From: Octopus bimaculoides | Taxonomy: Eukaryota | Reading direction: 5' to 3' | NCBI RefSeq assembly: GCF_001194135.2 | Contig: NC_068983.1 | Coordinates: 107,905,490-107,969,489, forward strand | DNA: 64,000 bases | Shown here: one piece after another, positions 39,915-51,518 of the stretch | How positions within the stretch are numbered: the first letter of the stretch is position 1 | Layout: every line of letters starts with the position of its first letter | Translations under genes and position numbers: made by a program | Notes under the pieces: generated by a model | Told to the model about the DNA's origin: nothing | Databases searched by the model: none | What the model saw: the letters and a program-made list of their open reading frames with translations, nothing else

Positions 39915-40095
39915 TGTAAAAGCACCCACTACACCCTCGGAGTGGTTGGCATTAGGAAGGGCATCCAGCTGTAGAAACTCTGCCAAATCAGATTGGAGCC
40001 TGGTGTAGCCATCTGGTTCACCAGCCCTCAGTCAAATCGTCCAACCCACACTAGCATGGAAAGCGGACGTTAAGCGATGATGATGATGATGATAT
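39915..40095 (+). mobile_element. RTE-tail-type retroposon 3' end
   Basis: taaaagcacccactacaccctcggagtggttggcattaggaagggcatccagctgtag...ggaaagcggacgttaagcgatgatgatgat. Confidence 0.8.
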
Positions 40096-40254
40096 ATATA
40101 TCTATATATATACACACATATACAAATATATATATATTTATGAACATAAAATATATATATTTATAAACATAAAATATATATATTTATAAACATATACAAA
40201 TATACACATACAAATATATATATATATATATATATATAAATATATATATATATA

Positions 40255-40600
40255 TGATGGCTGCCCTCTCGTTATCGAGTATGACCATTGCACGAAGCTT
40301 AACATGTTGTTATCATGCAGTGCCTGTGCAAGAAGATTTCTTTTTTTAAAGTGAGGAAAGGCTGTGCACTGAGTCAACCCCACTCACTAAGCAACAGTAG
40401 CTATAACCCGAAAAGAAGACCAATTCAACATCATCGGTAACCACTGAGCCGTAGGTTTTATGTCGGAGCTATCCCAGTTGCCTGAGTTGCCTTCTCCTAG
40501 AAGGATGCCCTAACAAGGGCTAGGGGTCCTTCACTCCCAATGGTTTAACCGCATGATCAGGTATTCAGTCTGATTATTTCTATGTCCCCACGCAAAAAAC
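40255..40600 (-). mobile_element. Probable RTE-type LINE 5' region fragment
   Basis: Contains gagttgccttctcctagaaggatgccctaacaagggctag, a motif I recall from RTE 5' regions; GC-richer than the flanks. Confidence 0.4.
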
Positions 40601-41019
40601 AGCATTAAGCCGGATAAAAAATGAATAAATAAAATAAAAATAAAAATAAAAACAGCCTTAAGCTGGGGGAAAAAAAATTGATATATACAGCCACTGTTTG
40701 TTAACCGGCATTGGTGGACTGGTGGGTAAAGGTGAGTGTAGATAAACTGGGTGCGTGGGACATTCTGAACTGTCCTGTCTGTGGTTCAAGCGTAGTCAGG
40801 ATGAGGGAAGAAGGTGAGAGTCTTTTTATTTTTTTTTTTCGTTTATACAAAAATATTAAAAAATATATTTCTAGATAGAGATTGAAACCTCTACCTTCAT
40901 ACAAGGTTGTTAGTTAAATTACTAACACCTTTAACCATTAGGCCATCAAACCAACACCTGAAAAACATTAAAAATGAGATATTTAAATCTATTTTTATTA
41001 TTGACTGGACATTATTATA

Positions 41020-41110
41020 TTGGAGCTCTGCTTCACAAATAATATGGATCTCATCCATAATGTGAAATTGACACCAACGCTACTCTTGGATCACAACATG
41101 GTAGAGCTGA
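41020..41110 (+). mobile_element. CR1-type LINE apurinic endonuclease C-terminal remnant
   Basis: LELCFTNNMDLIHNVKLTPTLLLDHNMVELTM matches the LDL.FTN...SDHN motif of LINE endonucleases. Confidence 0.65.
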
Positions 41111-41547
41111 CCATGTACGGACTTCTGGTGTAGACGACCAAGGCAATTGATATAGTTCCCAAAGACGAAATTTGCAACTAGCCCTTCAAACAAGTTCTAT
41201 ATATAAATCACGACAAACCATTCTCATTTTCTCTCCTGGAAATACTCTATGTGCTTTCAATCTTTGTCACACTTAAGTAATATTTGTGTAGTGATATAGA
41301 ATTGCTGGTATTTCTTCCTTTGGCTTAATACTATGTGATTGTGATAACTGTGATAAATGCTAACATGTTTTTTGCTTTGTCATTCTGAATGACCTCAGTA
41401 TCCATCCAACAACTCAAAACAACAACAATAACACCAAGTGTGTGTTTGTGTGTGTATGTGTGTAGACTTACAATATATCCTATTGTTAAGAAAATTTTAC
41501 ACAATCATTCAATAAAACTCAAATGGGATAAAGAGTACACGCTTTAA

Positions 41548-41919
41548 CCACCTAAACAGTGCAACGGGACCCGCTTGGTAATCAAGTCCTTGATGTCCCA
41601 CTTTATTGAGGCCACCATTGTTACAGGGTATGGGAGGGGGGAAAATGTTTTCATTTCAAGGATGTACTTTTATCCCTCAGGGTCAGACATGCTGTTTAAC
41701 TTCTGCAGATTGCAGTTCCAAGTGAGGCCATGCTTTGCCATGTCCATCAACAAATCCCAAGGCCAAATACTATCAGTGGCAGGCAACCATTTGGGGGAGC
41801 TGTGCTTTTCACATGGGCAACTTTATGTGACCTGCTCCCATGTGGGGAGTAGAAACGCTCTTTTTGTGTATGCTCCACAGGGCAGAACATGCAATGTTGT
41901 CTATAGCGAAGTTTTATAA
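41548..41919 (+). mobile_element. Helitron RepHel PIF1-helicase C-terminal remnant
   Basis: PPKQCNGTRLVIKSLMSHFIEATIVTG...LQFQVRPCFAMSINKSQGQ...CFSHGQLYVTCSHVG...NVVYSEVL-stop matches the LCNGTRL, FAMTINKSQGQ, FSHGQLYVA.SRV and NVVY.EVL motifs of Helitron helicases. Confidence 0.9.
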
Positions 41920-42197
41920 ATGCAGAAAGAAGAACAAGTCATCTTTGCAGTTTAAATGGTTATAAACAGGTGATCTGGAAGTATTGGCTGGACATATTCT
42001 CAAACCATGGCAACATGACTCATGGACTCTTTCTCTTCATTATTGGACAATGCTGACTTCTCCAGCAACAATGCTCACTCGGCCAATATCAGCGCTTGGC
42101 CAAGTTGCTCATAGAGTTAGGCTAGAAGGCCCAGGTCCCTTATTTTTTTGTTAAGGCTATTAGTAAGTAAGTCTCCTACGTTACTTCAATCCAGATC

Positions 42198-42405
42198 CCC
42201 AATGCAAACCTTTGAATCAACCTTCTCCAATGCAGATCTCTAATGCAACATTATCCAATTCAAATCTTTGAGTCAACCTTCTTCACTGCAGATCTCCAAT
42301 GCAAAACTTCAATGTATCCTTATCCAGTGCAAACCTTCGATGCAACCTTCTCCAATGCAGATCTTCTATGCAGATCTCTGAGGCAACCTTCTCCAATGCA
42401 GCTTT
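42198..42405. repeat. Degenerate tandem repeat built on caaccttctccaatgcagatct
   Basis: Motif recurs about four times with variable spacers. Confidence 0.65.
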
Positions 42406-43505
42406 GTCCGATAGTACCCCTATGAGGGGTTAGGACTAGATCGGGATTAGTTGCTGCCTTTTAGAGGGTCCCAAGCCCCCTTTTGCTAGGTTAGCTTAGG
42501 CTTAGGTTAAGGCTTAGTTGTGANNNNNNNNNNNNNNNNNNNNNNNNNNNNNNNNNNNNNNNNNNNNNNNNNNNNNNNNNNNNNNNNNNNNNNNNNNNNN
42601 NNNNNNNNNNNNNNNNNNNNNNNNNNNNNNNNNNNNNNNNNNNNNNNNNNNNNNNNNNNNNNNNNNNNNNNNNNNNNNNNNNNNNNNNNNNNNNNNNNNN
42701 NNNNNNNNNNNNNGTGAACGGGCCGGCATGTGCAACCTGATCACTTCTGCTGGTCAAACTCCCAAACAATGCGTTTCCATCGTGACACTGATTCTGCAGA
42801 ACTGGATTGAGTGTGAAAACTAACTTTAAAGTATAAATATAGATTTTTTGAACCAGCAATGTCGTGTTTGGTTAAGTCCTTTTTGGGATGAAAAATCAGT
42901 AAACAAATTCTTTATGGGGGTTTCAATTCAATCAAATTGTCTGCAACCCATTCTCAGCTTAGTAACAAAAAAAGAACAGTGGAGACATACAACAAACCAA
43001 ACAACAATGGAAGGCCATTAAGCTAGATGAGGTAAGGTAGCAAACACTGGAGGAATATTGTCTTTGACAAGAGTAAAGATAGAAGAGGAGACAGTTAAGA
43101 ATGCGTCTGGTCTATACGACAAACTGAAGGAAAAGAAAAATGATCACGTGAGGAAAAGAAAGATGGACGATGGTCACGTGTGAGCAACGAGTGAGTAAAG
43201 GAGAAGGGGAGAGAGAGACAGACGACAGATAGAAACTGGTGAAGGTTTTTTGTATATCTCCACTGTCCTGTTTTTGTTACCAACTTTGACGCTTGGCAAT
43301 TACCAAATTTTATTTTGGTTCGCAGGAACAACTGCCTTTTGAAGTCTCATATTGTTGTTAAATGCTTGAAATGAGGACAACTGATGAAGGGTTGTTCTTT
43401 ATGTTTCTTGTCTTGTTTTGTATTTGTTTCTCTCGTTGTTTGCATACTCAAGTTTGTCTTCGTATTTCATGTTGTTTACGTTTTGTGACATCCTGTACCC
43501 ATATA

Positions 43506-43561
<56 letters not shown>

Positions 43562-46500
43562 NNNNNNNNNNNNNNNNNNNNNNNNNNNNNNNNNNNNNNN
43601 NNNNNNNNNNNNNNNNNNNNNNNNNNNNNNNNNNNNNNNNNNNNNNNNNNNNNNNNNNNNNNNNNNNNNNNNNNNNNNNNNNNNNNNNNNNNNNNNNNNN
43701 NNNNNNNNNNNNNNNNNNNNNNNNNNNNNNNNNNNNNNNNNNNNNNNNNNNNNNNNNNNNNNNNNNNNNNNNNNNNNNNNNNNNNNNNNNNNNNNNNNNN
43801 NNNNNNNNNNNNNNNNNNNNNNNNNNNNNNNNNNNNNNNNNNNNNNNNNNNNNNNNNNNNNNNNNNNNNNNNNNNNNNNNNNNNNNNNNNNNNNNNNNNN
43901 NNNNNNNNNNNNNNNNNNNNNNNNNNNNNNNNNNNNNNNNNNNNNNNNNNNNNNNNNNNNNNNNNNNNNNNNNNNNNNNNNNNNNNNNNNNNNNNNNNNN
44001 NNNNNNNNNNNNNNNNNNNNNNNNNNNNNNNNNNNNNNNNNNNNNNNNNNNNNNNNNNNNNNNNNNNNNNNNNNNNNNNNNNNNNNNNNNNNNNNNNNNN
44101 NNNNNNNNNNNNNNNNNNNNNNNNNNNNNNNNNNNNNNNNNNNNNNNNNNNNNNNNNNNNNNNNNNNNNNNNNNNNNNNNNNNNNNNNNNNNNNNNNNNN
44201 NNNNNNNNNNNNNNNNNNNNNNNNNNNNNNNNNNNNNNNNNNNNNNNNNNNNNNNNNNNNNNNNNNNNNNNNNNNNNNNNNNNNNNNNNNNNNNNNNNNN
44301 NNNNNNNNNNNNNNNNNNNNNNNNNNNNNNNNNNNNNNNNNNNNNNNNNNNNNNNNNNNNNNNNNNNNNNNNNNNNNNNNNNNNNNNNNNNNNNNNNNNN
44401 NNNNNNNNNNNNNNNNNNNNNNNNNNNNNNNNNNNNNNNNNNNNNNNNNNNNNNNNNNNNNNNNNNNNNNNNATATATATATATATATATATATACTCAC
44501 ACACACACATATAAACAGAAACATGCACTTACATATATATATATATATTCTCTAGCAATTTTAACATAAATTTGATACCTCTCAGTTGCCAACTGGCACA
44601 TCTTCAGAGTACTATTGATTGAAAATACAAAATTAAAATAGTAAGATAAGAAGAAAAAGGAATGTTCTTTTTTTTTTTTTTGGTACAACAATTACAAAGT
44701 TAATAGCAGCATAATGTATGCAGACATTGAGTCTATAGCTTTCTTAATCAATATATCTCTAATGTTATGTGTATAATAACACTTATCAGCTTTCAGGGAG
44801 AAGACTAATAGAAATTATTTGTTGGTACTGGTTCTAGCCGACCATGTGTTGTTTTTCTTTTGGTTTAATATGGATTGAAAATCGATCACTAGTTCCGAAA
44901 TCATGATAGTAATATTGATTTATTGCCATTGGACACTCACTGGACCCTATTTCTTTTCTATTTAACAGTTAGCTATATTATTGGTTCATATTATATAGAA
45001 TCCTCTGAGATTGATAAAAGTTAATATTAAATTTGTATTCAATATTATTAAGCAATAACTGAAAGCCATTAAGCATTTAATATTGCTCCTGACTGTCTGT
45101 GCTACATAAAAGATTAAGATATCTAATTTAGAAGTATTTTTTTAATCACTGTAAGCATGAAAAAATAAAAAAAAATAAAAAGCAGAAAAACAGAAATCTG
45201 TAAGAGGTTGAAGAATCTTAATATTGTTTTATATGAGAGATTGCAGGAAGGTAAACGAAATCAACTTTTCAGATATATTAAATTTTATCTTTAGACAAGC
45301 AAGGATAATTTTTTGTAGAGTAGTGAGGAGTGAATTAAGGATACAAAAGTATACTATTAGTATCCCCCCACCCCCTTTTTCTGGTTTTGCTGATCCTTAA
45401 GAAATGAAAGGCAAATTCAACATTGATGAATTTCAAACTCAGCCGCAGAGAAATGAATCTAAACATCATGTATAGTGCCTTATCATTTCTTCCAATTTCA
45501 CCATCTTAATTTATCAGTTAATAATATTAGGAAATAATTCCTACATAATTAAATTAGGTATATTGAAGAAGAGTCTAATATAGTGAAAACCAAAGATGAA
45601 AACTACAATTATGGTTATGTTCATTGCAAAACATCCTCATTTGTCTGGTGTAGAAAATTCAGAGATGCAAAACTATAGTTCTGGTTATGTTCATCTCAGA
45701 TTCAGCACCTATAGAAATAATTTCTATTAAATAAACTAATAATATGTCAGAATGGTTAGAATGCATAATTCAAGAATGAATGAAAGGAAATATACTGAAA
45801 AAGTACATGTCAAATAATTGAAGCTTGGAGAGACTATAAGCACAACAATTTCAAAACAAGTTATTAAAATACTAAATTTATGTTTAGTAGACATGCAGCA
45901 AAATCAGATTCAAATTGTTTTCTTTATTTGAAAGCTTAAATATTTATAAGAAAACTGTCTTTAAGAGTAATAAACATTAATCTAAAATATTTTCAAAGAT
46001 TAGTAAATCAAAATATTGCTGATATATTAACATGTGTTACTATTTCAGGAATAATGATGCTAAAAGTGTGAATTGATATCAATATTTGAAGTGCATTTGA
46101 ACAAAAGTGTAATTCTCAGTAAAATCTTCACCTAGATTTATAGATTAGCCATCCTTCGACTATCGGTGCTTGATATAGTGGAAGCATACTTTTAGCTAGA
46201 CTGGCTGAAGTCCAAACTATAGAAAAATATATGAGATTACCCCATTACTTTTATCCTTCAATGTGAAAGATAAATGAAAATATTTCTAAAATTAGAAAAG
46301 TAAAGAAAAAATAGCTTTTGTAAAAAAAAAAAAAATACCTTCCAGATGACAAAATATAAGAAATTTGGATAATTTCAAAATAAAAGTAAATAGTACATCA
46401 AGATTTTTTCCACAATGATTGAGTAAATTCTTATCTAAAAGAAATCATACTGGGAACATCCCCCACTGACTCATAATGCTTTTTCAACCTGTCTGAAAAT

Positions 46501-47358
46501 TCAGTATAAAACTGAAGTAAAAGTTATGCAGTTAATAGCAATTTCAATTCTCAGCCATCAGTTCTTTGTTGTAATACTACCAATGAAATTTTGTATTTGT
46601 TTCATAAAAAAACAGCTAGTCTCAATGTATAATGATTTCTAATATGGGCACACAGCCAAAATATGCTAGGGAGAGGGAACAATTGATTATAATGACTTAG
46701 TACTTGACAGGTAGATATTTTATCTACCCTCGAAAAATGAAAGGTAAAGCCTGCTCTGCTAGCTTTTGAACCTTGAAATGACAAGGATGAAACTAAATGC
46801 AGAAAGGCATTTTGTCTAAGATCTTAACATACACACTGGCTCTTATGTACAATAAAAAGTAATTCTTGTCAATCTTTCAGATGATTTTGTGTATACAATC
46901 TAAGTAGACTTTGTCAAATTTCTTCCAATTTAAATCCCATTGTCCACCAATTTATAAAGTTGGAGCCCATGTTAATGGATTTCTCTAGGTTGATAAGAGA
47001 AAAACAGAGTTGTTTCTTCTTATTTAAAGATCTCTCATAATTGTATTATAATATTTATCATACCATATCCTGATACAAACCAAAACTGATCACCAATTTA
47101 TATTGGCATCTATAATCTTCACTATCTTCTAGTTAGTGTTCCCACTATTATGGTTTTAAGCCTCCCCTTAGTAACCAGCTACCTTTTTAATGATTATGTG
47201 TGAGCTGTATGAATGTATAGATATTTACTAACAAATACCTTGAGTTATTTATAATTTGAACCTTTTAAAGAGCGTTTCAGTTACAAAACAGAAAATGCTT
47301 TGGAAAAACCATTACATTTTCTTTATTTGAATGTTTTTTTTTTTAATTTCAATACTAC

Positions 47359-47484
47359 CTAAAAAAAAGAGATTTCCCACCAGGTAAAGAAATTGAAATA
47401 TCAGGAGGTCCTTGTTGTGGCATGCAGCATCATTCCCCATTGGAGTGACTGATGAGCTTTCCATCTGAATCAGAGCACTGTTTG
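47359..47484 (-). CDS. Coding exon C (probable)
   Basis: Acceptor ttattttctgcag|CA. Open frame (A)NSALIQMESSSVTPMGNDAACHNKDLLIFQFLYLVGNLFFL. The donor G|GTAGTA at 47358 gives 126 nt, phase 1-1, and joins exon D in frame. A phase-0 donor (CTG|GTGGGA, exon end 47381) also exists, so the 3' boundary is uncertain. Confidence 0.6.
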
Positions 47485-49851
47485 CTGCAGAAAATAAGTC
47501 TCGAACCCAGACAACTGAAGAAAGCCATCAAAGAAATAGGTGTGTCAGCTGAAATTAGTTCAAGATGGCTATTATTGATAAGAGATAGCAAGTGGAATCC
47601 TTCCATAGGTGAAGACTAGCTCAGTTCTCACTGTCCTACTCAGAAATTTTATTTTTCTCAGTTACCAAAATGTCTTACTTTGGAATCTCCAGATTAACAA
47701 GTGACCTACTTTCATATGTTATACATCAATTCATCCAATGACTTTCACCATAGTCCTCTTTTGTAACATCATTGGTATAGTTATCAATAAAGACAGATTA
47801 GCAAGAAAATATTTTGGTGAAATTCTCATCCTATGGACTATGTTAGTTTAATTGTTTGCATTAGAAAAGTTTTAGCTGATCACTCCATTTCAGAAGATGC
47901 AGAAGATAAACTCAATCACTACATCATCAATATATCTTCCTGATTTTCTTCCTCTTCTATTTCAGTTGCCATTATGCTATTGTTGATAACTAAAAGCATT
48001 TATGAGCTGATGAAAACAACCATAATTCTATTCATTTTCTTTCTAACCACAAACAAGAATCACTAGTAACTGGTTTGAGTAATTAACAGTTAACAAGACC
48101 AAATCTAAAACATTAATCACCTACAGGAATTCCGCATCTCTATGTACAACTTGGTCCCTACATGTATTATGAGTAACTTTATTAACCAACCCTGGAAATA
48201 CAATAAACTCAGCAAAGCAAATGCTATATTGAGATGATTGGGCACTTTTAAGAGCCAAAAGGTACTTTCTTCCTGAAAAGATATTCACCTCTAAAAAGTT
48301 CCATGTATAATACCAGGCAGAATTTCTCCCTTATACTGACTAATGCATCAGCCTTGTTCACAAAATATTTGAATCTCTCTTAGATAAAAACTACCTGCAT
48401 GATAAACAAGCCATTATACTGAACTGCCTCTTAGTACCAATTCACTCAGTTTAATCTATGTTGAGACTTATGATACACTGCTTTTGTAATCTATGATGAA
48501 TATGAAAAGTAAGCTTTATCTATGTAAGAAGTATAATTACAGTGTTGCAAATAGATGTTGTGCGAACTTGTAACAAATGGTTTATGTGCTCTGTATCTAA
48601 ATGAAAGAAATAAGTGACTTTCTATAATCTGATACCTTTAGAATTGTAATGGATAAATAGTTCCATTATATCAAATAGTAAATGCAATTTGAACAGTTAC
48701 AGCTAAAGTGTTTGGAAAGAAATCATAAAAGCTGTAAGTGGAAATAGAAAGTTGGTGTTTAGTATTGTACACTAGATGTTATTACAATGCTAGGAAAAAC
48801 TTCCCAATTTACTTTAGATGTGTGAAATATTGAAAGAAAACAAAGTTTTGTTGGATGAAAATCAAAAAGCTTCCTTTGCTTTCCTTAATAAGATGAATAA
48901 ATAAAACGTACTTAACACTTGGCATGAGTTTTTATTTTTTTAATTCTCATTTCTAATTAATATTAAATATATTCTGTAAGTGACCAGTTCAGTTGAGAAG
49001 ATGTTTAATTTTTGATGATGTCTTCAGATAAAACATTGGCATCAAAACATCATGTATTGGTACCAAATTGTCTGTGTTTGATATGTTGATGTTAAAGTGT
49101 TCATCAGCTTTAGTTAACTGAAGTGTTAGGATGATTTTAGCATTAAGTACATGTCCTATTCCCATCAGCTTTTCAAAATTTTGTAATATTTGCTTGGTCC
49201 TGATGTGTTAATGCAGAAATTTCAACTTTCACATATTGAGTGTGGTAATTGTTAACATTTTGATCGTCACTTTATGTTAAGTTTCATAGCAGGGATGGTC
49301 CTCATTAGATTTCTTAAACATACGTGGAGTATGATGACTATGATGTCTAAATGTCTACACATTTTGTTATCATCATGTCACATTAACGACTATGGATTAC
49401 ACCTTCCCTCAATTTGCTTGATTTAATCAACCAGAAATATTTATCAATTCTGCACCAATATTAGAAGGTAATGCGATCTCTTATTATGTTAATTAACTCA
49501 CCTATCCATATTGATTTCATCCCATCATTTCAAATGAGAGAAGCTCAAATTTCACAGTACTTTCCACTATGAAACAATAAAAACTGGATGGGGTTTTTAT
49601 GTATAAAAATTTTGTTATACAAGTCAGATATTATAATTTTCTTACATAACAAACATTATTAGATACTTCTTTTATATATTATTTAAACTTTATTTCATGA
49701 CAGAGATGCTGCAATGAGAAATAATATCTCTTATACTATTCAGAGTTCCTGATTCATAAATGGCATTTACAAAGTTAAGCAACAAATAACTACCATATAT
49801 TATAATTGATAGCTTTATTTGTACAGTGTATAAAAAGATTTGTTTATTATA

Positions 49852-51110
49852 TTGGGCCATCCCATAAATAATGCAAATTTTTTAAATGCATAAACTAAAA
49901 GTTGGAAGGGGACGGGATAAACTACCTGCATCAACTTGCTATAAAAACAGGTAGTAATTTTACCTTGTCCTTATACTTAGTGCAAATTCAATTTTAACAG
50001 TCATCTTTTCAAAGCTATAATGGAAGTGACAAAAGAGTATATTTGGCATATTTTGCTTTATGAGTTCAATAAAGATGACAATGTAATGGAAAGTGTGAGG
50101 AGTATTAATGCAGTGTATTGGACAATAAGAGTAAGCCAGTGTCAACAATGGTTCCAGAAATTCCGAGCTGGTAACTACAGCCTAGAAGACAAGCCTTGTC
50201 CTGGAAGATCTGTAGAGCTTGACGAGGACATCTTGCATACCCTGGTGGAACAAAATCTCATCGTAACTGTTGAGGAACTAGCAGAGAAGCTTGAATTTGG
50301 TCATTCAACCATTCATCGACACCTGTGTGCCGTTGGAAAAGTCAGCAAATTGGGTCAATGGGTTCCTCAAAAACTTTCCAAGTCTAATCACATCCAGAAT
50401 GTGTGCTCTTCTTTGCTGTCACATCTCACAAATGAACCTTTTTTGGACCAAATAATGACTGGTGATGAGACATGGGTTCTCTATAAAAATGTCAAGTGCC
50501 GAAGACAGTGGGTAGGGAAAGGAGAAACACCAGCACCCCAGGCTAAAGAAGGTTTTCACCCACATAAGGTGCTGTTATCTGTTTGGTGGGATATGAAAGG
50601 TTTAGTTCACTTTGAACTTTTAAACACAAAACAAATGATAAGAAGGAAATCTTCTGTGAGCAGCTCGAGTGGCTTAAGTTAGTGCTAGAAGAAAAACAAC
50701 CATCTTTGATTTCAAGACGAAAGGTGTTCTTCCCTCAGGATAATGCTCGGCTGCATAGTGAGGATGACATTCGAAAGGCTGGAACAGTTTGAATGGGAAA
50801 CAATGCCCCACCCACCATATTCACCAGACATTTCCCCATCTCATTATTATTTATTCTGCAGTCTTCAAAATCATTTGGACGGAAAAATACAAATTCTGTA
50901 GACAAGGTCAGAGCAGTACTGGAGGAATATTTGTCGTCATGGACAAGTGGATTTTGGAAGAGGGGCCTTGCAAGTCTACCAGAAAGATGGAAAAGCATTG
51001 TAGAAAATGAAGGAGAGTATATTTTAGATTCAAAAAGAACTTTGTTTCTTTTAATTTTGAAAAATAAAAAAAAGTATTAAAAAAAACTGCATTATTATGG
51101 GATGACCCAA
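49852..51110 (+). mobile_element. Near-full-length mariner (Tc1/mariner, DD34D-type) transposon, inactive
   Basis: About 30-bp TIRs (ttgggccatcccataaataatgc ... gcattattatgggatgacccaa) flanked by TA. Transposase from ATG 50020 to stop 51080 is broken by frameshifts. Motifs WVPQKL, IMTGDETW, QDNARLH, HPPYSPDISPSHY and RGLASLPERW. Confidence 0.95.
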
Positions 51111-51431
51111 TAATTGCAGCTAAACGATATTTGTCTCCTTTTTACATACTTGTAACAAGACCAAATTTGATTTTCAATACATTTCTTCTTGGTGATTATG
51201 ATAATGCTTTAGGTTTTAGTTTGGCTGTATTTTCAAACAATATTCAATAAATTCACCTTTCTACTTTACAAAATAGTTATTTTGGTATTTCAGAAATTAT
51301 TTCCCATTTATTTTAGTAAATATTCTTGAATTCAATTTTTTCCATTTCAGGTTGTATGTCCATCAAATGCACCATGTGCAACAATTGCTGTTTGAAAATG
51401 TAAAAATCAGTGTGAGTGTAAATTTACTTAC

Positions 51432-51518
51432 CAAGAATTCTGAAGTTTGCATGTAGCGTAGTGATATTCAGAGTTAACTCAGACAGGTTCGGATGTTCAG
51501 TAAAACTTCGCACTCGAC
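51432..51518 (-). CDS. Coding exon B (contains RRVR|S furin-type site)
   Basis: Acceptor ttttcttttag|GT and donor G|GTAAGT; 87 nt, phase 1-1. Translates (R)RVRSFTEHPNLSELTLNITTLHANFRIL, in frame with exon A. Confidence 0.85.

Noticed and set aside
43362-44569. Long ORFs of 350-397 aa in the ORF track
   Set aside because: Made of N-gap (X) and (TA)n translated as IYIY; not genes. The same applies to the ORFs at 22907-23845, 42491-42859 and 53660-54118.
45600-45708. Good minus-strand acceptor (ttatttctatag|GTGCTG) suggesting an extra exon
   Set aside because: All three frames hit a stop within 17 codons and there is no suitable donor before the stops.
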